NCBI GenBank assembly: GCA_934474225.1
Contig: CAKSLU010000003.1
Location: forward strand, 24,691-88,690
DNA length: 64,000 bases
Reading direction: 5' to 3'
Origin: an uncultured Eubacteriales bacterium
Lineage (GTDB): Bacteria > Bacillota > Clostridia > Oscillospirales > CAG-272
The number at the start of each line of letters is the position of its first letter. Position 1 is the stretch's first letter. Below are positions 17,884-25,375 of this stretch, in pieces. A program made the translations under genes and the position numbers. The notes under the pieces were generated by a model, which made no database searches, was not told the DNA's origin, and saw only the letters and a program-made list of their open reading frames with translations.

Positions 17884-18558
17884 ATGGGCAAAATCAAGAA
17901 TTTCGTGCAGAAGCTGACCTTCGGCGACCGCACGGAGGATGCCGCCGAGGTACCAAAGCGCGGCACGGGGCTGTTCTGGTTCGTGCTGAAGAATCACTGG
18001 ATGCGGCTCATCCTCTTAAACCTGCTGTTCTGCGTTTGCTCGATTCCGGTTGTGACGCTGCCTGCCGCTTACGGCGCACTGATCGCCGTCACGATGCAGT
18101 GGGCGCGCCGCGTGCCGGATGTAGAGCCGTTCCGCGTCTATTTTGCGGCGTGGAAGCCGCACTTTCTCGCAAAGACTGCCGTCGCGCTGCTGCTCTGCAT
18201 CGCACCGGCGTCGGTTGCGGGCTATGTGTATCTGTTTTCGGGAAACGGCGCGGCGTTTTATGCGCTGCTGTTCGTGTTCGGGCTTGTCTCCTTCCTCGTG
18301 CAGGCATACTTTTTCGCACAGCTGGCCGTGCTGGATGTTTCGGTCGGCAGCGCGCTGAAAAATGCGTTTCTGCTGCTCGGCGTGGAATGGAAGTGCACGC
18401 TGCGGCTGCTCTTTACCGGCGGGCTTCTGCTTGTGCTGTCGGTGCTGCTGACCACATACATGATTCCGTTTCTCGTGCTCTGCGTCTTTTCGCTGACGGC
18501 GCTTTCGGTTTCTTCCGAGGTGTCGGATGTGATCGACCGCAGACTGGTAAAGCAATAG
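17884..18558 (+). CDS. YesL/DUF624-like membrane protein
   Basis: It lies directly after the permeases. The N-terminus and TM pattern (FWFVLKNHWMRLILLNLLFCVCSIPVVTLPAAYGAL) are typical of DUF624 proteins found in sugar ABC operons. Confidence 0.65.
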   Translation: MGKIKNFVQKLTFGDRTEDAAEVPKRGTGLFWFVLKNHWMRLILLNLLFCVCSIPVVTLPAAYGALIAVTMQWARRVPDVEPFRVYFAAWKPHFLAKTAVALLLCIAPASVAGYVYLFSGNGAAFYALLFVFGLVSFLVQAYFFAQLAVLDVSVGSALKNAFLLLGVEWKCTLRLLFTGGLLLVLSVLLTTYMIPFLVLCVFSLTALSVSSEVSDVIDRRLVKQ

Positions 18559-18584
18559 TTCCTCTCCATAACCTCCATAAGCGC

Positions 18585-18612
18585 AAAAAAGACCCCGAAA
18601 GGGGTCTTTTTT
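18585..18612 (+). terminator. intrinsic terminator of the ABC operon
   Basis: AAAAAAGACCCCgaaaGGGGTCTTTTTTG. Confidence 0.85.
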
Positions 18613-18630
18613 GCGTGCTGCGTAGTTTTT

Positions 18631-18742
18631 AAGCCTCCCTTGTGCAAAGGGAGGTGGCGCGAAGCGCCGGAGGGATTGTTGCAAAGAAAGAGAACAACCC
18701 CTCAGTCAACTTCGTTGACAGCTCCCCTTGCACAGGGGAGCC
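18631..18742 (+). repeat. structured dispersed repeat, copy A (five consecutive hairpins)
   Basis: The five hairpins are CCTCCCT..AGGGAGG, GGCGCgaaGCGCC, GGAGGGATTGTT..AACAACCCCTC, GTCAACttcGTTGAC and CTCCCCTtgcacAGGGGAG. A second copy lies at 60577-60768. Confidence 0.8.
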
Positions 18743-18841
18743 TTGCAGTGCATCTTTTTCATCCAACAAACACATAGCGTTTAGGTTGATTTTAGGAAAG
18801 AACTGTATCCTATACCCATACCGAGGAGGTGAAACGCAGAT

Positions 18842-19522
18842 ATGCAGGAAGAAAACCACTATCGGCACGAGTACAAATACGAGATTACCTACGCCGATTA
18901 CTACGAGCTGCGCGCGCGGCTCGGTTGCCTGATGCAGCGCGATGCGCATGTGGACGCGGACGGCAAATACCGCATTCACAGCCTGTACTTTGACAACTGC
19001 GACGACACGGCGCTGCGCGAGAAAATTGACGGCGTGGCAAAACGCGAGAAATTCCGCATCCGTTACTACGGCAATGCGCCGACGCACCTATCGCTTGAAA
19101 AAAAGCAGAAAGTGAACGGGCTTTGCCTGAAGGTCTCCGCCCCTATTGAGCGCGCGCTTTGCGAGGCGCTGATGCGCGGTGAAACCCTTCCGACAGACGC
19201 ATCCGCGCCGCCGCTTGTGCAGGAGCTTGCCTTCAAGATGAAAAGCCGCCTGCTGCGCCCGCGCCGCGTGGTCAGTTACACGCGGGAACCGTATGTTTTC
19301 GCGCCGGGCAATGTGCGCGTCACCTTCGATATGGAGATCGGCGGCGCGCCGCCCGCAGACTTCTTTTCGCCGACGCCGCTGTCGGCGCTGCGGCGCGACC
19401 ATATGATTCTCGAAGTCAAATACGACGCATTTCTGCCGTCGGTCATCGCCGATGCCTTGCAGCTCGGCGAGATCCGCGTCGGCGCATTTTCCAAATACGC
19501 GGCTTGCCGCGAATATGAGTAA
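18842..19522 (+). CDS. VTC-domain (polyphosphate-polymerase / triphosphate-tunnel-like) protein
   Basis: RBS GAGGAGGTG precedes the start. The N-terminal YRHEYKYEI and the C-terminal MILEVKYD strands are typical of CYTH/VTC tunnel proteins. The protein is 226 aa. Confidence 0.65.
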   Translation: MQEENHYRHEYKYEITYADYYELRARLGCLMQRDAHVDADGKYRIHSLYFDNCDDTALREKIDGVAKREKFRIRYYGNAPTHLSLEKKQKVNGLCLKVSAPIERALCEALMRGETLPTDASAPPLVQELAFKMKSRLLRPRRVVSYTREPYVFAPGNVRVTFDMEIGGAPPADFFSPTPLSALRRDHMILEVKYDAFLPSVIADALQLGEIRVGAFSKYAACREYE

Positions 19523-19536
19523 GAGAGGACTTTTCC

Positions 19537-20208
19537 ATGACATTCAACGATATTTTCAAATCCGGCTTTCTCGAGAGCGTATCTTCCTTTTCGGTCACGG
19601 ATACCATCATCGGGCTTTTGTTTTCGCTCGTCGTCGGGCTGTTCATCTTTGTCATCTACAAGAAGACGCTCACCGGCGTGCTGTATTCCACCGGCTTTGC
19701 GCTCACACTCGTCGGCATGTCCATGGTCACCACCCTCGTCATCATGGCGGTCACCTCCAATGTCGTGCTGTCGCTCGGCATGGTCGGCGCGCTGTCGATT
19801 GTCCGTTTCCGCACCGCCATCAAGGAGCCGATGGAGATTGTCTTCCTGTTTTGGTCGCTCGCGGTCGGCATCGTCATCGGCGCGGGCATGATTCCGCTCG
19901 CCGTCATCGGCTCGGTGATTATCGGCGGTGTGCTCCTCGTGCTTGCCAATCGCAAGACGCACGACAAGCCCTATATGCTCGTGCTCCGCTGTGCCGATAC
20001 GGCAAGCGAGAATGCCGCCATGGAGGTTGTCGGCAAGCTGCGCGACAAGCCGCGCATCAAGGCAAAGACCGTGACAAAGGACGGCGTGGAAATCACCGCC
20101 GAGGTGCGGCTGCGCGATGCCTCGACGGATTTCGTCGGCGAGATTTCGGCGCTGGATGGCGTGGAGAGCGCCACGCTCGTCAGCTACAACGGCGAATACA
20201 TGGGTTAA
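19537..20208 (+). CDS. DUF4956-like membrane protein
   Basis: Several TM helices surround the motif GALSIVRFRTAIKEPMEI, which I recognise as the DUF4956 signature. The C-terminal ~80 aa are soluble. Confidence 0.6.
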   Translation: MTFNDIFKSGFLESVSSFSVTDTIIGLLFSLVVGLFIFVIYKKTLTGVLYSTGFALTLVGMSMVTTLVIMAVTSNVVLSLGMVGALSIVRFRTAIKEPMEIVFLFWSLAVGIVIGAGMIPLAVIGSVIIGGVLLVLANRKTHDKPYMLVLRCADTASENAAMEVVGKLRDKPRIKAKTVTKDGVEITAEVRLRDASTDFVGEISALDGVESATLVSYNGEYMG

Positions 20209-20221
20209 AGGAGGTGCGGTG

Positions 20222-22258
20222 ATGCTGGCACATCGGCATTTTGCAAAATTTGTGGCGGTGCTGACTGCCGCCGCAGTCTGCCTTTCGCTGCTTGCCGCCG
20301 CGGCGGGCGACTATCTGGTTGAGGCGCTCGGCGGCAAGGGCGTGACGATGGAATACGAGTCGGCGCTCTTTGACACCGACACGGTGCTCGACATCAACAT
20401 CCGCATCGATGCGGACGATTGGCAGGAGATGCTCGACAACGCCATAAACGAGGAATATGTTTCCTGCGATGTGGAGGTCGGCGGCAAGACCTTCACAGGT
20501 GTCGGCATCCGCCCGAAGGGCAACACCAGTCTGTCCTCGATCGTGAACGACCCGAACTCGGACCGCTACAGCTTCAAGCTGGAGTTTGACAAATATGTCG
20601 AGGGGCAAACCTGCTTCGGGCTTGACAAGCTGGTGCTCAACAACAATTACGCCGACGCAACCAATATGAAGGAAGCCATTGTGTACGATATGTACCGCTT
20701 CCTCGGCGCAGACGCAAGCCTGTATAACTACGCAAGGCTCTCGGTAAACGGGGAGTACTTCGGCATCTATCTTGCGCTCGAAGCCGTGGAGGAGAGCTTC
20801 ATGCTCCGCAACTATGGCGCGGCGAACGGCGCGCTCTACAAGCCGGAGGGCATGGAGATGGGCAAAGGCGGCGGAGGCGGTCAAGGCGGCGGTGGTCAAG
20901 GCGGCGGCGCGTCCGACTTCGGCGACAAGCCCGACATGGGGCAGATGCCGGACTTCGGCGACAAGCCCGACATGGGGCAGATGCCGGACTTCGGCGACAT
21001 GCCCGATATGGGACAGATGCCGGACTTCGGCAATATGCCCGACTTTGGCGAGAACGGAGACGCCGCAGTTCGCGAAACCGCAGACACGGATGAAAAGCCG
21101 AATTTCGGGGGCTTCGGCGGCAAGGGCGGTTTCGGCGGCAAGGGCGGCTTCGGCAGCATGGGCGGCAGCGGCGGCGCAGACCTGAACTACACGGACGACG
21201 ACCCTGACAGCTATGAGACCATCTGGGAGGGCGAGGTCACCGACACCGGCAAGCAGGACCACAAGCGCGTGGTCGCCGCGCTGAAAGCCGTCAGCGAGGG
21301 CAAGGATCTCGAGACCTACCTCGATGTGAACAACATCCTCCGCTACATGGCGGTGCACACCTTCGTCGTCAACGCGGACAGCCTGTCCGGCAATATGGCG
21401 CACAATTATTATCTCTATGAGAGCGGCGGCAAACTGAATATCCTGCCCTGGGACTACAACCTGTCCTTCGGCGGCATGAGCGGCGGCGATGCTTCATCCG
21501 TCATCAATGACGCGATCGACACGCCGTTCTCGGGCACGCAGTTCTTTGACGCGCTGCTCGAAAATGAGGCATACCTCGCGCAGTATCATGCCTATCTCTC
21601 AAAACTCGTCGAAGAATATGTCTTCGGCGGCGGCTTTGACGCGGCATACACCCGCATCCGCACGCAGATCGACGCCCTGGTCGAGACCGACCCGAACGCA
21701 CTCTACACTTATGCAGAGTATACCGCCGCGGCAGAAATGCTGTACGAAACGGTTCGCCTGCGCGCCGAGAGCGTGCGCGGGCAACTCGACGGCAGTATTC
21801 CGTCCACTGACGCGGGGCAGCGCGAAGATTCGAGCGCGCTTGTCGATGCGTCGTCCATCAACCTTTCGGTGATGGGGACGATGAATGGCGGCGGGAACCG
21901 CGGCGGCGACAAGCAGGCGTTCGGCGGCGGCGGGAACCGCGGCGGCGACAAGCAGGCGTTCGGCGGCGGTGGGAACCGCGGCGGCAACGCAGATGGCAAC
22001 GGCAACGCGGATGGCAATGCGGGCAGCGACAACGCCGGAACGCCGCCCGCGCGCCCGGACGGCGACAACACCGGAACGCCGCCGACCCGCCCCGACGACA
22101 GCAGCGGCGACAACACCGAAACGCCGCCCGCGCCGGGCAGTGACGCACAGGGAACATCAACTGCATCGACCGCGACGCAGAACCTACTCTTATACGGCGG
22201 CATGCTGCTCATCGCCCTTGTCGGTCTCGTCGCGGCTGTACTTTATAAGAGAAGATAA
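20222..22258 (+). CDS. CotH kinase family protein, N-terminal signal/anchor and C-terminal TM anchor, with low-complexity inserts
   Basis: ATG at 20222 follows AAGGAGGTG, so the ORF-track start at 20117 was trimmed. CotH-like motifs are LVLNNNYADATNMKEAIVYDMYRFLG, LSVNGEYFGIYLALEAVEESFMLRNYG and AHNYYLYESGGKLNILPWDYNLSFGG. The C-terminus is LLLYGGMLLIALVGLVAAVLYKRR. Confidence 0.8.
   Translation: MLAHRHFAKFVAVLTAAAVCLSLLAAAAGDYLVEALGGKGVTMEYESALFDTDTVLDINIRIDADDWQEMLDNAINEEYVSCDVEVGGKTFTGVGIRPKGNTSLSSIVNDPNSDRYSFKLEFDKYVEGQTCFGLDKLVLNNNYADATNMKEAIVYDMYRFLGADASLYNYARLSVNGEYFGIYLALEAVEESFMLRNYGAANGALYKPEGMEMGKGGGGGQGGGGQGGGASDFGDKPDMGQMPDFGDKPDMGQMPDFGDMPDMGQMPDFGNMPDFGENGDAAVRETADTDEKPNFGGFGGKGGFGGKGGFGSMGGSGGADLNYTDDDPDSYETIWEGEVTDTGKQDHKRVVAALKAVSEGKDLETYLDVNNILRYMAVHTFVVNADSLSGNMAHNYYLYESGGKLNILPWDYNLSFGGMSGGDASSVINDAIDTPFSGTQFFDALLENEAYLAQYHAYLSKLVEEYVFGGGFDAAYTRIRTQIDALVETDPNALYTYAEYTAAAEMLYETVRLRAESVRGQLDGSIPSTDAGQREDSSALVDASSINLSVMGTMNGGGNRGGDKQAFGGGGNRGGDKQAFGGGGNRGGNADGNGNADGNAGSDNAGTPPARPDGDNTGTPPTRPDDSSGDNTETPPAPGSDAQGTSTASTATQNLLLYGGMLLIALVGLVAAVLYKRR
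20915..21050 (+). repeat. 36-bp in-frame tandem repeat (about 3.8 units) inside the CotH gene
   Basis: The unit is GACTTCGGCGACAAGCCCGACATGGGGCAGATGCCG. Units at 20915 and 20951 are identical. Diverged units start at 20987 and 21023. The repeat encodes DFGDKPDMGQMP. Confidence 0.9.
21887..21985 (+). repeat. 36-bp in-frame tandem repeat (about 2.7 units) inside the CotH gene
   Basis: The unit is GGCGGCGGGAACCGCGGCGGCGACAAGCAGGCGTTC, starting at 21887 and 21923, with a partial third unit. It encodes GGGNRGGDKQAF. Confidence 0.9.
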
Positions 22259-22295
22259 AAAGAACGGGAACACCTCGGCGTTCCCGCTCTTTTTT
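22257..22295. terminator. bidirectional terminator between the convergent CotH and histidine kinase genes
   Basis: AAAAAGAACGGGAACacctcggcGTTCCCGCTCTTTTTT, with an A-run and a T-run on either side. Confidence 0.75.
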
Positions 22296-23580
22296 ATAAG
22301 ATAACCGTAAAGGTCAACAGTCCTTCCGTGGCCTGCGCGGCGGTAATTTTGCCGCCGTGTGCGCGGACAATGGCTGCGGCAATCGACAACCCAAGCCCAA
22401 AACCGCCGTCCCCGCTGCGGGCTTCGTCCGCGCGGTAGAAGCGGTCAAACAGGCGCGCAAGTTGCGCTTTGCCGAGCGGCGCGCAGCGGTTGGCGCAGGT
22501 CAGCACGGCCTTCCCGCTTTTTTGATGCAGGGCGCAGTTGATCGTGTCGCCGCTTGTGTATTTGACGGCGTTGTCCAGCAGAATCGAGCAGAGCGTGTCG
22601 AGCTTTGCGCCGTCGCCCTGTACGGTGATGCCGTCCGTGATGTCGGCGCAGAGCGTCAGCTTTGCCAGCGTCGCGCGCTCCTCACAGGCGGCGACGGCGC
22701 GGCGGACGCATGCCGAAAAATCGACGGCAGTCATGGATTTTTTCGTCTCCTCGTCCTCGCGGGAGAGCATCGTCAGTTCGCCGGCGAGGCGAATCAGCCG
22801 CTCGGACTGCGCGCGGATGTTGTGCGTCCACTTGCTTTCCCCCTCGGTCAGCTCAAGCACCTCCACATTGGATTGAATGACCGCAATCGGCGTCTTCAAC
22901 TCATGGCTGGCGGCGGTGATAAACTCTTTTTGCCGTGCGAGATTGAGGACAAAGGGGCGGATGGCAGCGCCGGAGAGGGCAAAGGAGAGGAGCGTCACGA
23001 GAAGGATGCTGAGGACGGAGATGAGGATGCAGATGCGCGCAAGCGCGTGCATTGCGGCAAGCTCCACCTCGCAGTTGAGAAAGACGACCACGCGGCGCGT
23101 GCCGTCCTCGGTGTCGGGCGCGATGCGGTAGTAGTACACATCACTTCTGCCGTCGGTTTTATCATCCGCCAGCGCCGCCGTGACATAGGCGCGTGCCTCC
23201 GCCTCGGAGAGCGAGGCAAGGTTGTCGGTGTTCATGCGAATGATTTCGCCGTCCGCGTCTGCCACTGCGATAAAAAAGCGCGTGCGGAACGGCGTCTCGG
23301 GGGAGCGTATGGGCGATGCGTCCCCGCGCGGCGCGGGGGGCGACGGTCTTGTCGGGTTGCCGCCCGTCGCACTGTCGTCCGATGCCTCCGATATATCCGG
23401 CACGCCCGGCGCGCTCGGAAAGCGCCCCTCGTTTTGCGCAAGCAGGGTGAGCATGCCGTCGATATTTTGCAGCGTCTGCCGTCGGTTGGTGAGCAGAATC
23501 CCGCAGGAGACGGCGATAATGACAATGGCAGCCGCCAGCGTGGCGACCGCGATAAACCGAATGCGCAGTTTGCGGATCAT
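22294..23580 (-). CDS. sensor histidine kinase (two TM helices, HisKA + HATPase_c)
   Basis: The ATG at 23580 overlaps the response regulator stop (ATGA). The H-box is ITAASHELKTPIAV. The ATP-lid motifs are DNAVKY and GGFGLGLSIA. The ORF-track N-terminal extension to 23682 is rejected. Confidence 0.85.
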   Translation of the reverse strand: MIRKLRIRFIAVATLAAAIVIIAVSCGILLTNRRQTLQNIDGMLTLLAQNEGRFPSAPGVPDISEASDDSATGGNPTRPSPPAPRGDASPIRSPETPFRTRFFIAVADADGEIIRMNTDNLASLSEAEARAYVTAALADDKTDGRSDVYYYRIAPDTEDGTRRVVVFLNCEVELAAMHALARICILISVLSILLVTLLSFALSGAAIRPFVLNLARQKEFITAASHELKTPIAVIQSNVEVLELTEGESKWTHNIRAQSERLIRLAGELTMLSREDEETKKSMTAVDFSACVRRAVAACEERATLAKLTLCADITDGITVQGDGAKLDTLCSILLDNAVKYTSGDTINCALHQKSGKAVLTCANRCAPLGKAQLARLFDRFYRADEARSGDGGFGLGLSIAAAIVRAHGGKITAAQATEGLLTFTVIL

Positions 23581-24251
23581 AGCGATTCCTCCAACATATA
23601 GCCTGCGCCGCGAATCGAGCGAATGCCGACATGCGCGCCGATTTCGGCAAATTTTTTGCGCAGGTTGGAGATATTGACCCACACCACATTGATTTCCACA
23701 TCGGTGTCATAGCCCCACACGCGCGTGAGCAGCTGCTCGGGCGAGAGCAGGCAGCGTGGATTCGCCATAAACAGCTCACAAATCTGAAATTCCTTGCCGA
23801 CCAGCTGCACCTTGCCGCGCGGTGCCGACAGGGTGAAGTTTGTGCGGTCGAGTGTGAGGTCGCCGAAGCGGAGCGTGGAATGCCGATATTCGCCCTGGCG
23901 GCGCGTCAGCGCACGCACGCGCGCAAGCAGCTCCGCCATGACGAAAGGCTTCGGCAGATAGTCGTCCGCGCCGAGGTTCAGCCCTGCGACGCGGTCCTCC
24001 ACCTCGCTCTTGGCCGTCAGCAGCAGCACCGGCGTCTGCACGCCGGCGGCGCGCAGCTTTTGCAGGACGGTAAGCCCGTCCGCCTTCGGCATCATGATGT
24101 CGAGCAGAATGCCGTCGTAGTTGTCCGATAGCCCGTAGGCATAGGCGTCTTCGCCGTCATAGACGGCGTCCACTGTGTAGTTGTTGTGCGTGAGAATCGT
24201 GCAGAGCGCGTCCGAAAACGCGCGCTCGTCCTCGCAAAGCAGCAGTCGCAT
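23577..24251 (-). CDS. OmpR-family response regulator
   Basis: The receiver domain reads MRLLLCEDE...LLDIMMPKADG...LTAK. The winged-helix C-terminus reads IRSIRGAGYML. RBS GGAGGTGG precedes the start. Confidence 0.9.
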   Translation of the reverse strand: MRLLLCEDERAFSDALCTILTHNNYTVDAVYDGEDAYAYGLSDNYDGILLDIMMPKADGLTVLQKLRAAGVQTPVLLLTAKSEVEDRVAGLNLGADDYLPKPFVMAELLARVRALTRRQGEYRHSTLRFGDLTLDRTNFTLSAPRGKVQLVGKEFQICELFMANPRCLLSPEQLLTRVWGYDTDVEINVVWVNISNLRKKFAEIGAHVGIRSIRGAGYMLEESL

Positions 24252-24304
24252 ACAGCCACCTCCGGAACTTTATCTTACCCGCATAGCCTAAAGCCAACCT
24301 AAAG

Positions 24305-25246
24305 TCAGCCGCGCAGCCCATAGGGGCTGTAGGGCGACGCCGTCTTTACGGTACAGCCGCGCAGTTCGCCGCCCTGCCCGACGGTGTAGACCACCTCGTG
24401 CGACTTGAAAAAGCTGTTGCAGTCGGCAAAGAACTGCACGGTCACATCGCTATTGTCGCCGCTTGTCTGCACATCGGTGACGATATAGTTATAGAGCATG
24501 TTCGGCTGCGCGTCCTCGGCGATGACATAGAGCTTGCCGCCGCGCACATCCAGTCTGCCGCCGATGTCCGCTTCAGTCAGCGTCACGCCGAACTTCTCGG
24601 CGGCAAGGGTGCGCAGGGTGTCAAACGGCAGTGCACCGTCCTCGCCGTATACGGCAAGCAGATCGGCAACAGCGTCCGCGGTATCCGCCGTGCCGAAATC
24701 CGGCACCGACCAGCGCCGGCGGCTTTCGATCCAGCCGCGCACGGCATTTGCCGCAGGATCATCGACAAATGCACTGTCGTCCTTCGGCGCGACGTCGTCC
24801 ACCACAAGGAAGCAGTCCACCGTGTCGGTGAGGATTGCCGTGTGCGCGCCGACCGGCAGCGCCTCAATGTCGGAGGCGGTCACGGTAAACTCGATGTACA
24901 GGCAGGGCAGTCCATATTCCTTCTCGTCGCGGGTGAGCTTGTAGTCGCTCACGCGCAGCGTGCGGAAACCGTCAAAGTCAGACTCGCCCTCAAACAGGGC
25001 GCGCAGGAACGCATGGCAGTTGTCCGAGAAGTTGCCGTCGTAGTCAAATTCGTCCCAGTCGGCAAGCGAGGTAATTGACCAGCGCGCACCATCCTTTTGC
25101 AGCGTGCCGCCGCCTGCGACCGGTGCGGTTGTCAAATCCGTCGCGACGGTCTCGCCCGGACGAATCACATCTTCTGTTTTGCCGCAGGCGGAAAAGAGCA
25201 GCGCCGCAGCGAGTGTGAGCGATATATACAAAATCGGTTTTTTCAT
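24305..25246 (-). CDS. hypothetical lipoprotein, first gene of the lipoprotein-RR-HK operon
   Basis: ATG at 25246 follows GCGGAGG. The lipobox is LFSACGK. I recognise no family. Confidence 0.6.
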   Translation of the reverse strand: MKKPILYISLTLAAALLFSACGKTEDVIRPGETVATDLTTAPVAGGGTLQKDGARWSITSLADWDEFDYDGNFSDNCHAFLRALFEGESDFDGFRTLRVSDYKLTRDEKEYGLPCLYIEFTVTASDIEALPVGAHTAILTDTVDCFLVVDDVAPKDDSAFVDDPAANAVRGWIESRRRWSVPDFGTADTADAVADLLAVYGEDGALPFDTLRTLAAEKFGVTLTEADIGGRLDVRGGKLYVIAEDAQPNMLYNYIVTDVQTSGDNSDVTVQFFADCNSFFKSHEVVYTVGQGGELRGCTVKTASPYSPYGLRG

Positions 25247-25306
25247 GGCAGCCTCCGCAATAGGTTCTGCACCCATTTTAGCACAGCGTGCGCATAAAGT
25301 AAAGCA

Positions 25307-25339
25307 TGTCGCGTGACAAAAAATCTCCCCTGCCGCACG
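25307..25339 (-). terminator. intrinsic terminator ending the glycan sub-operon
   Basis: On the minus strand the sequence is TCTCCCCTGCCgtgcGGCAGGGGAGA followed by TTTTTTG. Confidence 0.8.
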
Positions 25340-25375
25340 GCAGGGGAGATGAAACATAGGAGATTCTTGATTGCA

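Noticed and set aside
14619-18558. ABC transporter operon lacking an ATPase gene, considered as an anomaly.
   Set aside because: CUT1-family sugar importers in Firmicutes commonly share a separately encoded MsmK-type ATPase, so this is not unusual.
18629-19087. 152-aa minus-strand ORF spanning repeat copy A and the start of the VTC gene. The same applies to 60567..60899 and 60598..60810 over copy B.
   Set aside because: These ORFs are built from the hairpin repeat sequence, have no SD and overlap better-supported features.
20915-21985. Possible CRISPR-like repeat arrays.
   Set aside because: The repeats are directly tandem with no spacers, are multiples of 3 nt and lie in frame inside the CotH coding sequence. 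No cas genes are present.
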